This document shows positions 19,050 to 30,036 of a stretch of DNA of 64,000 nt, piece after piece. Below the pieces are notes generated by a model. The model had not been told where the DNA came from. It worked only from the letters and a program-made list of their open reading frames with translations, and made no database searches. The stretch is from Candidatus Cloacimonadota bacterium (lineage in GTDB: Bacteria > Cloacimonadota > Cloacimonadia > G963667145), in contig OY762940.1 in assembly GCA_963667255.1 (NCBI GenBank), forward strand, positions 960,001 to 1,024,000. Reading direction: 5' to 3'. Numbering within the stretch: position 1 is the first letter of the stretch; every line of letters begins with the position of its first letter. The position numbers and the translations under genes are program-made.

Positions 19050-20941
19050 TTTAATCCTCGTTTAAAGTTAAATTTGTATCCCGAGATACCCTCTTTTGGG
19101 TAAGCGTATTCCCTTATCAGCTTGTTCAAAATGTTTTTGGAAGGTTTGCAGAAAGATAAGTCCAACAAAAATCTTCGGAAACCTTTTTGATACAAATTGT
19201 TTTTCTCTTCCAAAATCGATACAGGTTTGTCAGGGTAAATCACGGTAAAGCCGTTCCGATGTTGTTTTTTGAGGGTAAATTGGTCAACAGATATTTCCTC
19301 GAAATTCTCAATCGGACAGCGGGAATAAAAGAGCTTTGGAGTGAAATGCAGAGGGAAAATACCGTTTCTATTTTGGTATTCGTTCTCAAATTCGCCCTCT
19401 TGCGGATAGAAAAAATTGTCGCTGTCCAAAGACTTAATCGCCATATCGTTCATCATCGGGTCTTGGTAATAAACTACGCATCCCGGGAGCAATAACTCTT
19501 CTTGCGATTTGTGGCAGGCGAAGTTTCTGATACCGCTTTTATACAGTTTCGTCACGAGATTTTGGTAGTCAACAATGGAATTTTCGCTGATGAAAGTCGG
19601 GAGTTCTACGATTAGCTTATCAACAAAATTCTGCAAAAATCCCTTAATCTCCAATTTCCATAGCGAAATTTTGTCAAAATCCAAAATCAATTTATCGACA
19701 TTTCTAAGGTCAACTTTGCGAAGCCATTCCGGAGAATCGATTTTCACAAAAAGTTCTCGTTCAATGGGGTTTGTTCTCCTTATTTTTCCAAAGAGTCTTT
19801 GGCTAATCTTGGAATTGTATCCAAATTCAAATTTGGTGCGATGAAATTTTTCTTTGAGTTTGTAATCTCGCTGACCAACCAAAAAAACTTTTTCACCGAT
19901 TTCAGCCGATTGAGTGATTTCTGTATCTAAGTTATGCAAAGAGTTTGCAGTCAGCAAGTTATCGGAGTTAATCTTAAATTGTTTGGCATCGTAGCCGTTT
20001 TTGCTCAAAATCCTAATGCGAAGCCCTTCAGTCAGTTCCATTTTGCTCTCCAATTCAAGAGTGCTCTTGCCGACTTTTGTGATTTCACCGATTAGCTCTC
20101 CGGTATAAGGGAAGTCGATTATTGGTTTGTTTAGTTTTTCGCCAAAAAAATATTCGGTCTTCTCGCGTCCGAAATCTTGGACGCTTTCAGCCCTGTTTTT
20201 ATAAGCGGTCACTACATTATAGACATATTCGGCGGATTTCATTCGACCTTCGATTTTCAGAGAGTCAATCCCGATTTCTTCCAAATACTGCACATAATCC
20301 AAAAGCTGAAGGTCGGATAGGTTGAAGAGAAATTTGTCGTTATACAGTCGTCGGCAAGGTTGTTTGCATTGTCCGCGATTGCCACTGCAACTTCCGATGA
20401 AGCTACTGAATAAGCATTCGCCCGAAAAGCTGTAGCACAAAGCTCCGTGAACAAACAACTCCAACTCGGTTTTGCTTCTTTTTCTGATGTTTTCCAGTTC
20501 CGATTTGGTAATCTCTCGAGACAGGACAACTCGCTTAATTCCTTGTTTCTTGGCAAAATTTGCTCCTGTTGAGTTATGGATTCCCATTTGTGTGCTGGCA
20601 TGCAGAGCAAGAGACGGGAACAAATTTTTGGCGATGTAAAAAACCGCCCAATCTTGAAAAATCACGGCATCAGCTTTCAATTTGTCGACGAAGTAAAGAG
20701 TTTTAATCAATTCGGGAAGTTCGCGATTTTTTATCAGTGTGTTGATAGTTATATAAACTCTCGTGCTTTTTTCATGAGCGTATTTCAAGACAAAAGGCAA
20801 ATCTTCGAGGCAAAAATTATTGGCTCTCGTTCTGGCACTAAAATTTTGCAATCCAAGATAAATAGCATCTGCACCAGCATCGATAGCTGCGAAAAATGCT
20901 TCCTTATTTCCTACTGGAGCTAAAATTTCGGGTGATTTGAT
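19046..20941 (-). CDS. Peptidase U32 family protein (RNA hydroxylase-type), apparent ATC start
   Basis: ELFVHGALCYSFSGEC, NRGQCKQPCR and KIEGR motifs. The conserved N-terminus PEILAPVG..AAIDAGADAIYLG lies upstream of the ORF-track start. Confidence 0.88.
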   Translation of the reverse strand: MKSPEILAPVGNKEAFFAAIDAGADAIYLGLQNFSARTRANNFCLEDLPFVLKYAHEKSTRVYITINTLIKNRELPELIKTLYFVDKLKADAVIFQDWAVFYIAKNLFPSLALHASTQMGIHNSTGANFAKKQGIKRVVLSREITKSELENIRKRSKTELELFVHGALCYSFSGECLFSSFIGSCSGNRGQCKQPCRRLYNDKFLFNLSDLQLLDYVQYLEEIGIDSLKIEGRMKSAEYVYNVVTAYKNRAESVQDFGREKTEYFFGEKLNKPIIDFPYTGELIGEITKVGKSTLELESKMELTEGLRIRILSKNGYDAKQFKINSDNLLTANSLHNLDTEITQSAEIGEKVFLVGQRDYKLKEKFHRTKFEFGYNSKISQRLFGKIRRTNPIERELFVKIDSPEWLRKVDLRNVDKLILDFDKISLWKLEIKGFLQNFVDKLIVELPTFISENSIVDYQNLVTKLYKSGIRNFACHKSQEELLLPGCVVYYQDPMMNDMAIKSLDSDNFFYPQEGEFENEYQNRNGIFPLHFTPKLFYSRCPIENFEEISVDQFTLKKQHRNGFTVIYPDKPVSILEEKNNLYQKGFRRFLLDLSFCKPSKNILNKLIREYAYPKEGISGYKFNFKRGLK

Positions 20942-21209
20942 GTTTCCTCCTATGAAAAGTGAGTTGATTTACACAGCATAGAAAAAAAAGAGGTCGGCAA
21001 GTCAAGATAATCCGAATAAGATTTGCTTTCATCTAACTTTTTGGATAATAAAAAGTTTCAATTTTTCATTTACTTTTTTTAGGCAAAATAATTTTGGATT
21101 GAAAATTCATTGTTTGTCAGTTGATTTTTTGTTACAATTGATTTGTAATATCTTTAGTGTCGCATTTGTTGTCGGGAAGAGATTATTAAAAAAAATAAGG
21201 AAGGTAATT

Positions 21210-21779
21210 GTGGAGTTGTTAAAAAGAAGGATAGAAAAAGATGGGAGAGTTATCTCAAGTGAAGTTGTAAAGGTGGATTCGTTTTTAAATCATCAGATTG
21301 ACCCGCAATTGCTGTTTGAGATGGGCAAAGAGTTTCACAGATTGTTTGCCGACAAGCCGATTACCAAAATTCTAACAATTGAGGCTTCGGGGATTGCTCT
21401 TGGTGTGATGACTGGTCTCAGCATCGGAGTTCCCATGGTTTTTGCCAAAAAAGTTGCCTCGCGAAATCTGGACAAAGAAACATATTTGACTAAGGTGCAC
21501 TCTTTTACGAAACAAATTGATTACGATATTCAGCTTTCCAAAAGATATTTGAACGCCGATGACCATGTGTTGATTGTGGACGATTTTTTGGCGAACGGGC
21601 AGGCTTGCCTCGGGCTTATTGATATTATTGAGCAGGCAGGAGCAACCTTGGAAGGAGTGGGTATTGCCATAGAAAAAGAGTTTCAACCTGGCGGGAAATT
21701 GATAAGAGACAGGGGAATTAAGGTGGAATCTTTGGCGATTATTGAGGCGTTTGTTGATGGCAAGGTGAAGTTTAAGTAG
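21210..21779 (+). CDS. xpt: Xanthine phosphoribosyltransferase
   Basis: KVDSFLNHQIDP, TIEASGI and IVDDFLANG motifs. Likely GTG at 21210. Confidence 0.95.
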   Translation: MELLKRRIEKDGRVISSEVVKVDSFLNHQIDPQLLFEMGKEFHRLFADKPITKILTIEASGIALGVMTGLSIGVPMVFAKKVASRNLDKETYLTKVHSFTKQIDYDIQLSKRYLNADDHVLIVDDFLANGQACLGLIDIIEQAGATLEGVGIAIEKEFQPGGKLIRDRGIKVESLAIIEAFVDGKVKFK

Positions 21780-21829
21780 TTGATTTTTGTTCATCAATAT
21801 CGGCATTGAAAACAGTTTTGGAGGTAACA

Positions 21830-22432
21830 ATGCAAAAGCTAATGGAAAATCTGGAGAAGAGAAATTTTAACCCTCACTATTTTGAGACCACAGCAGAGGC
21901 AGTCGATTACATAGCATCGCAGATAGATGCAGGGCAAACCGTCTCTTGGGGCGGTTCTGTCAGCATCGATGAGTCAGGCATCAAAGATGTTTTGCGAGAG
22001 AAAGGAGCGGTCATCTTGGACAGAGCTTTGGCGAAAAATCCTCAGGAAGTGCGAAAAATTTATTTGCAGGCATTCGATTGTGATGCTTACCTTATGAGTT
22101 CCAACGCTATCAGCGAGAATGGAGTCTTGGTGAATATCGATGGCAACGGCAATCGCTTGGCTAACCTTGTTTATGGCTCCCAAAAGGTCTTCATGTTGGT
22201 CGGCAAAAACAAAATCTGTAAAACGGAAGAGGATGCGTTGTCCAGGGTTCGCAATATAACCGCACCTCTCAACTCCAAGAGATTGAACAAAAAAACACCG
22301 TGTGTTGTGGATGGCAAATGCCACGACTGTTTGAGTCCCGAGTGTATTTGCAATCACATCGTTTTCACTCGTCATTGTTTGTATCCCAAGCGAATCAATG
22401 TGATTTTGGTTAACGAGAATTTGGGGTTGTAG
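21830..22432 (+). CDS. LUD-domain (lactate utilisation-like) protein
   Basis: GGSVS, SSNAISENG..NIDGNGNR, C-terminal Cys cluster. GGAGG RBS then ATG 21830. Confidence 0.85.
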   Translation: MQKLMENLEKRNFNPHYFETTAEAVDYIASQIDAGQTVSWGGSVSIDESGIKDVLREKGAVILDRALAKNPQEVRKIYLQAFDCDAYLMSSNAISENGVLVNIDGNGNRLANLVYGSQKVFMLVGKNKICKTEEDALSRVRNITAPLNSKRLNKKTPCVVDGKCHDCLSPECICNHIVFTRHCLYPKRINVILVNENLGL

Positions 22433-22440
22433 GAGCAAAA

Positions 22441-23577
22441 TTGCAAGATATTAAGAAAAAGCCAATGTATTGGTATTTGTTGATTTTGACGATGGCTTCC
22501 ACCGTCGGTTTGCAAGGCTGGCGGACTTTGTTCAACAATTTTTCCATCGAAGTCGTGGAGCTGAACGGCTTAAACATCGGCTTAGTTCAGTCGATACGGG
22601 AGATTCCAGGTTTCCTCGCCATGAGTGTGGTGCTTGTGCTTCTTTTTGTCAAAGAGTATCGCTTGTCCGCACTTTCTATTATTTGCCTCGGAATTGGCGT
22701 AGGTCTTACGGGATTTTTCCCCACATTTACGGGACTCATTGTTTGCACTTTGCTGATGAGCATCGGTTTTCACTATTATGAAACCACCAATCAATCTCTT
22801 ATTTTGCAATACTTTGACAAACAGCAATCGCCGTTGGTGATGGGCAGTCAGAGGAGTTTGACAGCACTGGTTTCTATCGTCATTGGTCTTGGGATTTTAT
22901 TCCTCTCCTATGTGTTGAGTTACAAAGTTATGTTTGCGATTTTGGGCGGAATAGTAGTCTGTGCAGGGATTTGGGGATTGTTTCACGATTTCAGACAAAG
23001 CGACGGCGAGTTTCAATCCAAGAAAATATCTTTCCACAAAAAATATACAGTTTTCTACCTATTGACTTTGTTTTCAGGAGCAAGACGACAAATTTTTATG
23101 GTGTTTTCCGTGTTTCTCTTAGTGAAAAAATTCGATTTCACCATTCAAGAAATTACACTTTTGTTTGTTCTGAACAACGCAATCAATTTCTTCTTGGCAC
23201 CACTTGTGGCAAAGGCGATTAAGCGGTTTGGAGAACGACCGATTTTGAGCATAGAGTATGGCAGCTTGATAATTATTTTCTTGTTTTACGCATATTGCCC
23301 ATACAAATGGGTGGTGGCTTTTCTCTACATTCTCGACCACATTACTTTCAATGGAGCGATGGCAATTCGCACATATTTTCACAAAATCGCCAACCCTGAG
23401 GACATAGCTTCGGGCACAGCAGTGAGTTTCACCATCAATCACATCGCTGCGGTGATTTTGCCCATAGTTGGAGGGTATCTGTGGATGATAAACCCGAGTT
23501 TGCCCTTTGTTGTCGGTTCGATTTTGGGAGTTGTTTCGTTTATCGTGACAAGGTTTGTGCGAGTAGTAGATGAGTAG
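22441..23577 (+). CDS. MFS transporter
   Basis: About 12 TM segments, SIREIPG, GARRQIF and FTINHIAAV motifs. Confidence 0.88.
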   Translation: MQDIKKKPMYWYLLILTMASTVGLQGWRTLFNNFSIEVVELNGLNIGLVQSIREIPGFLAMSVVLVLLFVKEYRLSALSIICLGIGVGLTGFFPTFTGLIVCTLLMSIGFHYYETTNQSLILQYFDKQQSPLVMGSQRSLTALVSIVIGLGILFLSYVLSYKVMFAILGGIVVCAGIWGLFHDFRQSDGEFQSKKISFHKKYTVFYLLTLFSGARRQIFMVFSVFLLVKKFDFTIQEITLLFVLNNAINFFLAPLVAKAIKRFGERPILSIEYGSLIIIFLFYAYCPYKWVVAFLYILDHITFNGAMAIRTYFHKIANPEDIASGTAVSFTINHIAAVILPIVGGYLWMINPSLPFVVGSILGVVSFIVTRFVRVVDE

Positions 23578-23585
23578 GAGAGCTT

Positions 23586-23648
23586 ATGTCAGATTTTACA
23601 GTAAATGAGAGTAAGTGCGTTCCCGTTATTATTTTATCAGGAAAATAA
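23586..23648 (+). pseudogene. Truncated 5' stub, possibly of a 4Fe-4S/nitroreductase-type gene
   Basis: AGGAG RBS then MSDFTVNESKCV, diverging to a stop after 20 aa at the island boundary. Confidence 0.35.
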
Positions 23649-23709
23649 ATTTGTTTTGACATCATTCTATAAAATTACTCTTGTAGCACCATGAGAATAG
23701 AAAAACAAA

Positions 23710-23823
23710 CAGTTCAGTTCAGTTCAGTTCAGTTCAGTTCAGTTCAGTTCAGTTCAGTTCAGTTCAGTTCAGTTCAGTTCAGTTCAGTTCAGTTCAGTTC
23801 AGTTCAGTTCAGTTCAGTTCAGT
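23710..23823. repeat. Pentanucleotide microsatellite (AGTTC)22
   Basis: 22 perfect AGTTC units at 23711-23820 plus partial flanks. Confidence 0.99.
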
Positions 23824-23960
23824 CGAGGCTGTCTGTGGCTTAACAGTCAATTGTTTCATAGAGATTTCAAAGAAGGTCTTCCGAGTTGATCGGGAGAATG
23901 TTCAATTGGTATAAAAAAGTTAGCTATCTGGTGATGCATTGATTTAAGGATTTCCAAATA

Positions 23961-25760
23961 ATGATTTATGACCTAATATTAGACGAAATAGATATTCTTA
24001 GAAGTTTATTAAAAATAAATACAGAACATGAAGAAATTAATATTTTTTTAAAAATAGTCCAAGGTCGGCTAACATCAATTTCTGAAGATTTAAATAATTC
24101 AATTAAAAGTTTCCATGAGAATGCAGAATGGGAAACTTTTACTATTGCATTTTATGGTGAAACGAATGCTGGAAAATCTACAATAATTGAAACTTTAAGA
24201 ATCTTGTTGAATGAGCCTAGTAAATTACAGGAAAGGGATAAAATCAAGCAGTTAAGAGAAACTCTTTCTAATTTAACAGCTACAAGTCAGAAAGATTATA
24301 AACAAATTTCAAAACAATTATTAAAGTTTTGTGATGGTAATATTATTGGAGATGGTCGGTCTGATTTTACTCAAGAAGTAATTAAATATCAATTCGAATG
24401 TGATGGGCAGAATTTTGCTTTGCTTGACCTTCCAGGAATTGAAGGGCAGGAAGAGCTTGTATTAAGTAAAATTACTGATGCCGTGAAAAAAGCTCATGCT
24501 GTGTTTTATATTACTAGTAAACCAACACCACCTCAATCAGTGGATGGAAATAGCTTAGGGGTTCTCGAAAAAATTAGAAAGCATCTTAAAGATCATACAG
24601 AAGTTTATTCTATTTTCAACAAGAGAGCTAAAAATCCGCAACTATTAAAATCTGAAATTGTTGATGAAGAAGAAAAAGAAAGTTTATTAGATCTTGATAA
24701 TGTTATGCGAGAGAATATAGGGGAACAATATAAAACTCACTTTTCTTTAAGTGCGTATCCTGGATTTTTGGCAGTGTCTGATTATTGTGAGGAAAAATTT
24801 GAGAAAAGTAAAAGTAAATTTCTTGATAAATTTGGAACCAAAGATAATCTCTTATTTGCAAGTCGTATTAAAGAGTTTTCAGATTGGCTTACTAACGAAA
24901 TGATTAACAATGGCAAAGAAAAAATAAAAAAATCGAATGATAAAAAAGTTTATTTTATTTTAAAGAAAATAGAAAGAGAAATTGATGATTATTACAAAGA
25001 ATTTAATAATATAGAGGGAAATGTTTTAAAAGAAAATAAAAGATTTAAGAGAAATTTAGAAGATGCTGTTGAAGATTATAAACGCCAGATTTTTTTAGAA
25101 TTTAATGAGTGTTTAAGAAAATTTGAGGGACGGGTTAGAAAGAGGATATATGGGGAAATTGAAAAAGAAATAAGTAACGAAAAGTATGAAAGTTTATTAC
25201 AAGATTATATGAAAGAAGAAGTAAATAGTTTTAAAAACTCTTTAGATGATAGAATGAAAAAACTTACAATTGAATTTGAGGAAGAAATAAATTCACTAAT
25301 GAAAAAGAGTTCTATTTTTTTGTGTGATATTTTGGGTAGTGAAGTGTCTAAGATTAATTCAAAATTGCATTTGGAAATAGATAATGATGATGAATGTGGT
25401 GCGATATTGGAAAAAGTTTTTGAATTTATTGCAATCCTTTTTCTCTCTAATAATCCTCCAGGTTGGCTATTATTTGTTGCTAGTGTTATAAGTTCATTTA
25501 TCGATGGAGTAGAGGAGGATGATATTAAGCAAAAGAATAATGCTAATAAAAATATAGAAAAGATTATTAGAAAAATAAGCGAGAAGTTTTTGGAAAATGT
25601 TGAGAAGCAGTTTAAAGTTTTAGAGGTACAGATTGAAAAATCTATTAAAAAAAAATTAGTAAACGTTGAACAAATTGTAATGATAAAAAAAGCGATTAAT
25701 GATATTTCAATAAGATTTAATAATCTTTCTCGCAATATCAAAAAAGAGGGGAATTTTTAA
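23961..25760 (+). CDS. Dynamin-like GTPase (LeoBC/HP0733-like)
   Basis: FYGETNAGKST, GDGRSDFT, DLPGIEG and FNK motifs, coiled coil, short hydrophobic paddle. Confidence 0.82.
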   Translation: MIYDLILDEIDILRSLLKINTEHEEINIFLKIVQGRLTSISEDLNNSIKSFHENAEWETFTIAFYGETNAGKSTIIETLRILLNEPSKLQERDKIKQLRETLSNLTATSQKDYKQISKQLLKFCDGNIIGDGRSDFTQEVIKYQFECDGQNFALLDLPGIEGQEELVLSKITDAVKKAHAVFYITSKPTPPQSVDGNSLGVLEKIRKHLKDHTEVYSIFNKRAKNPQLLKSEIVDEEEKESLLDLDNVMRENIGEQYKTHFSLSAYPGFLAVSDYCEEKFEKSKSKFLDKFGTKDNLLFASRIKEFSDWLTNEMINNGKEKIKKSNDKKVYFILKKIEREIDDYYKEFNNIEGNVLKENKRFKRNLEDAVEDYKRQIFLEFNECLRKFEGRVRKRIYGEIEKEISNEKYESLLQDYMKEEVNSFKNSLDDRMKKLTIEFEEEINSLMKKSSIFLCDILGSEVSKINSKLHLEIDNDDECGAILEKVFEFIAILFLSNNPPGWLLFVASVISSFIDGVEEDDIKQKNNANKNIEKIIRKISEKFLENVEKQFKVLEVQIEKSIKKKLVNVEQIVMIKKAINDISIRFNNLSRNIKKEGNF

Positions 25761-27428
25761 ATGAAAACAATAGATATTTTTAAGGAAAAGCAAGAGCAAA
25801 CGATTGAAATATTGAATCGCCTTATAAACTTTATAAACAAAGGAGAAAAATTAGGGATAGCAATAAATCAAGAGTTTATTGAGAAAATTAAAAATGGGAT
25901 TCAAGCGACCAAAGAGAAAAAATTAAAAGTTGCTTTGATTGGAGGATTTTCTGAGGGGAAAACATCTGTGGCTGCAGCTTGGTCGGAGCATTATGATAAG
26001 TCAACAATGCTTATAAATCAAAGTGAATCTTCTGACCAAATAAGAGTCTATTCTCTTAAAGATTTTGATTTGATTGATACACCTGGATTATTTGGGCTTA
26101 AGGAAACTAAAGATAGGCAGAAATATAAAGATGTTACTAAAAAATATGTTAGTGAAGCTAACCTCATTTTATATGTTATGAATCCCAATAATCCTGTCAA
26201 GGAAAGTCATAAGGAAGAGCTAAATTACTTTTTTAAAGAATTAAATCTTTTATCTCGTACCGTGTTTGTATTGAGTAGATTTGATGAAGAAGCTGACATT
26301 GAAGATGAAGAAGATTATCAGGAAAGTTTTGAAATAAAAAGAAAAAATATTTTAGATCGCTTATGCGATTTCCAGATTATAACTCCAGGGGATGATGTGC
26401 CAATAGTTGCAGTTTCTGCAAATCCTTTTGGCAAGGGAATTAATTATTGGCTATCAAACTTGGAAGAGTTTAAAAAATTATCGCATATTGAAACTTTGCA
26501 AAAAGCAACAACAGAAAAAATAAAATCTGTTGGAAATTTGAACGAAATAATTTTAGCATCACAAAAAAGTATTGTTAAAGATATTTTGTATCAGCAAGTT
26601 CCAGTGATCCGCGATTTGGTTTATCAAGCTTCTGAAGAATGTCTAAAACTTGATGAAGTTTGTAGTGATAGAGAAAAAGATTTTAATAAAACTAAAAAGA
26701 AAATAGGCGAAGCTCGTATCGGATTACGAGAATTTATAACTGAATATTTTACTGATTTGATACTTCAAGCTAGTTCTCTTAGTCTTAAAACTTATGATGA
26801 ATTTATCCAACGAAATATTGGTAAGGATATGGTTGTCCTAAAAGCTAAAATTGATAATGAATTTGATAGATATTTGGGAAATGTTAATAATGAAATTTTA
26901 AGTATGGAGACAAAGTTTAAATCTGATTTGGAGCGATATGATGATAGCATTAACTTTTTATTATCAAAAGGATTAAAATTTGGTGGTGAAAAATTATCAA
27001 AAGTAGCTGTTTCTAATAAAACGGTTATTGCGGTTAGAAATTCTTTAAAATTGAGTCACAAATTTAAACCATGGGAAGCTACTAAGTTGGCTGGTAAGTT
27101 AAGTAAAGGGTTAAAATTTGCGGGAACTGCAATAACTGTTGGTTTGCAAGTTTATGAAATTTGTAAAAAAGGTCATAAAGAGGAAGAATTTAAAAAAATT
27201 GTTAGCCAGTTAATTTCCCAGTTTGAAGAATATCGTGGCAATTTATTAGAATCTCTAAATAATGAACAAAAATTCATATCAGATTATTGCCCAAGTTATA
27301 AAGAATTTGAAAATCAATTTATTGAAATTCAAAAAGAAATTTTTGAGAAAAAAGAGTTGAAAAATAAATTTGTAGAATGGGAAAACGAAGGAAGAACTAT
27401 TGAAGCAGATTTTGAGATTATTAATTAG
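25761..27428 (+). CDS. leoA: Dynamin-like GTPase LeoA/HP0731 family
   Basis: GGFSEGKTS, DTPGLFG, NPVKESH, LSRFDE and SANP motifs. Confidence 0.85.
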   Translation: MKTIDIFKEKQEQTIEILNRLINFINKGEKLGIAINQEFIEKIKNGIQATKEKKLKVALIGGFSEGKTSVAAAWSEHYDKSTMLINQSESSDQIRVYSLKDFDLIDTPGLFGLKETKDRQKYKDVTKKYVSEANLILYVMNPNNPVKESHKEELNYFFKELNLLSRTVFVLSRFDEEADIEDEEDYQESFEIKRKNILDRLCDFQIITPGDDVPIVAVSANPFGKGINYWLSNLEEFKKLSHIETLQKATTEKIKSVGNLNEIILASQKSIVKDILYQQVPVIRDLVYQASEECLKLDEVCSDREKDFNKTKKKIGEARIGLREFITEYFTDLILQASSLSLKTYDEFIQRNIGKDMVVLKAKIDNEFDRYLGNVNNEILSMETKFKSDLERYDDSINFLLSKGLKFGGEKLSKVAVSNKTVIAVRNSLKLSHKFKPWEATKLAGKLSKGLKFAGTAITVGLQVYEICKKGHKEEEFKKIVSQLISQFEEYRGNLLESLNNEQKFISDYCPSYKEFENQFIEIQKEIFEKKELKNKFVEWENEGRTIEADFEIIN

Positions 27429-27482
27429 TCTTTTTCTAAAATTTTTATTAAATTGATTAAATAGATATAAGGAGAAAATTTG

Positions 27483-27866
27483 ATGTTTAAAAAAGCATTG
27501 AAGGACGCAGAGTCTTATGCTCAAAAGCACAATTTTGATTATGTGTTGAATATTTTTAAGAAAGGTGAACTCTTGGGTGGAGCAGAAGCGAGTGTAAGAG
27601 ATGCGAATTGGGCAAGATTTGAGAAAAAACCTGGAGTTTATATCCTATCCACAGATGGCGAAGTAGTTTATGTTGGTAAGAGTAATGTTGATACTGGAAA
27701 TAGATTATGGAGTCACTTTAACACCGATGAAAAATTGGAGAAAATGACAGATGATAGCCAAGTAGCAGTTCTGACTTTTTCTAAAGAAGACAACGCTCTT
27801 ACATCGGCTTTGGAAACTTATTTGATAGAAAAGTATAAGCCGGTGCTAAATAAGACAAATCATTAA
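27483..27866 (+). CDS. GIY-YIG nuclease family protein
   Basis: PGVYIL...VYVGKS...RL..H...E..LI...KP.LN. AAGGAG RBS. Confidence 0.8.
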   Translation: MFKKALKDAESYAQKHNFDYVLNIFKKGELLGGAEASVRDANWARFEKKPGVYILSTDGEVVYVGKSNVDTGNRLWSHFNTDEKLEKMTDDSQVAVLTFSKEDNALTSALETYLIEKYKPVLNKTNH

Positions 27867-27999
27867 TTGCTTTTAACCTCGCTCCCAAGCTCCAGCTTGG
27901 GAGCGTATATATTTTGATTAATTAACAGTATGCTTTGTCTCGTATGCATTCCCAAGTAAAACTTGGGAACGAGTATCGAAAACAAATCATTAATTGCTT
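27855..27999. repeat. Inverted pair of REP-like palindromes bracketed by an 18-bp direct repeat
   Basis: CTCGCTCCCAAGCTCCAGCTTGGGAGCG (27878-27905) and inverted GCATTCCCAAGTAAAACTTGGGAACGAG (27946-27973). ACAAATCATTAATTGCTT at 27855 and 27982. Confidence 0.75.
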
Positions 28000-28325
28000 A
28001 TTCTTTTCCAATAAACAATTACCACCATTCATTGCCACATAAAAATAAGAAAGCTAATAAATTGTGTTGACGGCAAAACAGGTCGTTTTAAATACGATTC
28101 ACAATTGAGCGAAGTTTTTGAGTCTAAATGCAGGTCTTCAGTTGAGAAAATATTGAATACAAAAATTGAAGACATTGTTTTTTTTGTGCGTTAAAAAATA
28201 GTGAAAATTATATTTGACACGAAAACGCCAAAACCAATTATCGCTCTCGTTGAATTTAGTTACTTGAAAAATTTATAGAAGTGTAGAGTAAACCTAATAA
28301 AGTCAATCAAATCAAACAATTTATT

Positions 28326-29891
<1,566 letters not shown>

Positions 29892-29956
29892 TTTAAAGGA
29901 AAAAAACCAAAAGATTGGCTTCTGGTTTACTCTACATAATTTTTTTAAATCCTAAT

Positions 29957-30033
<77 letters not shown>

Positions 30034-30036
30034 TTT

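Noticed and set aside
21090..21209. Purine riboswitch upstream of xpt
   Set aside because: No recognisable three-way-junction consensus.
23710..23823. AGTTC repeat as a CRISPR array or iteron cluster
   Set aside because: It is a pure 5-mer tandem with no spacers and no rep gene nearby.
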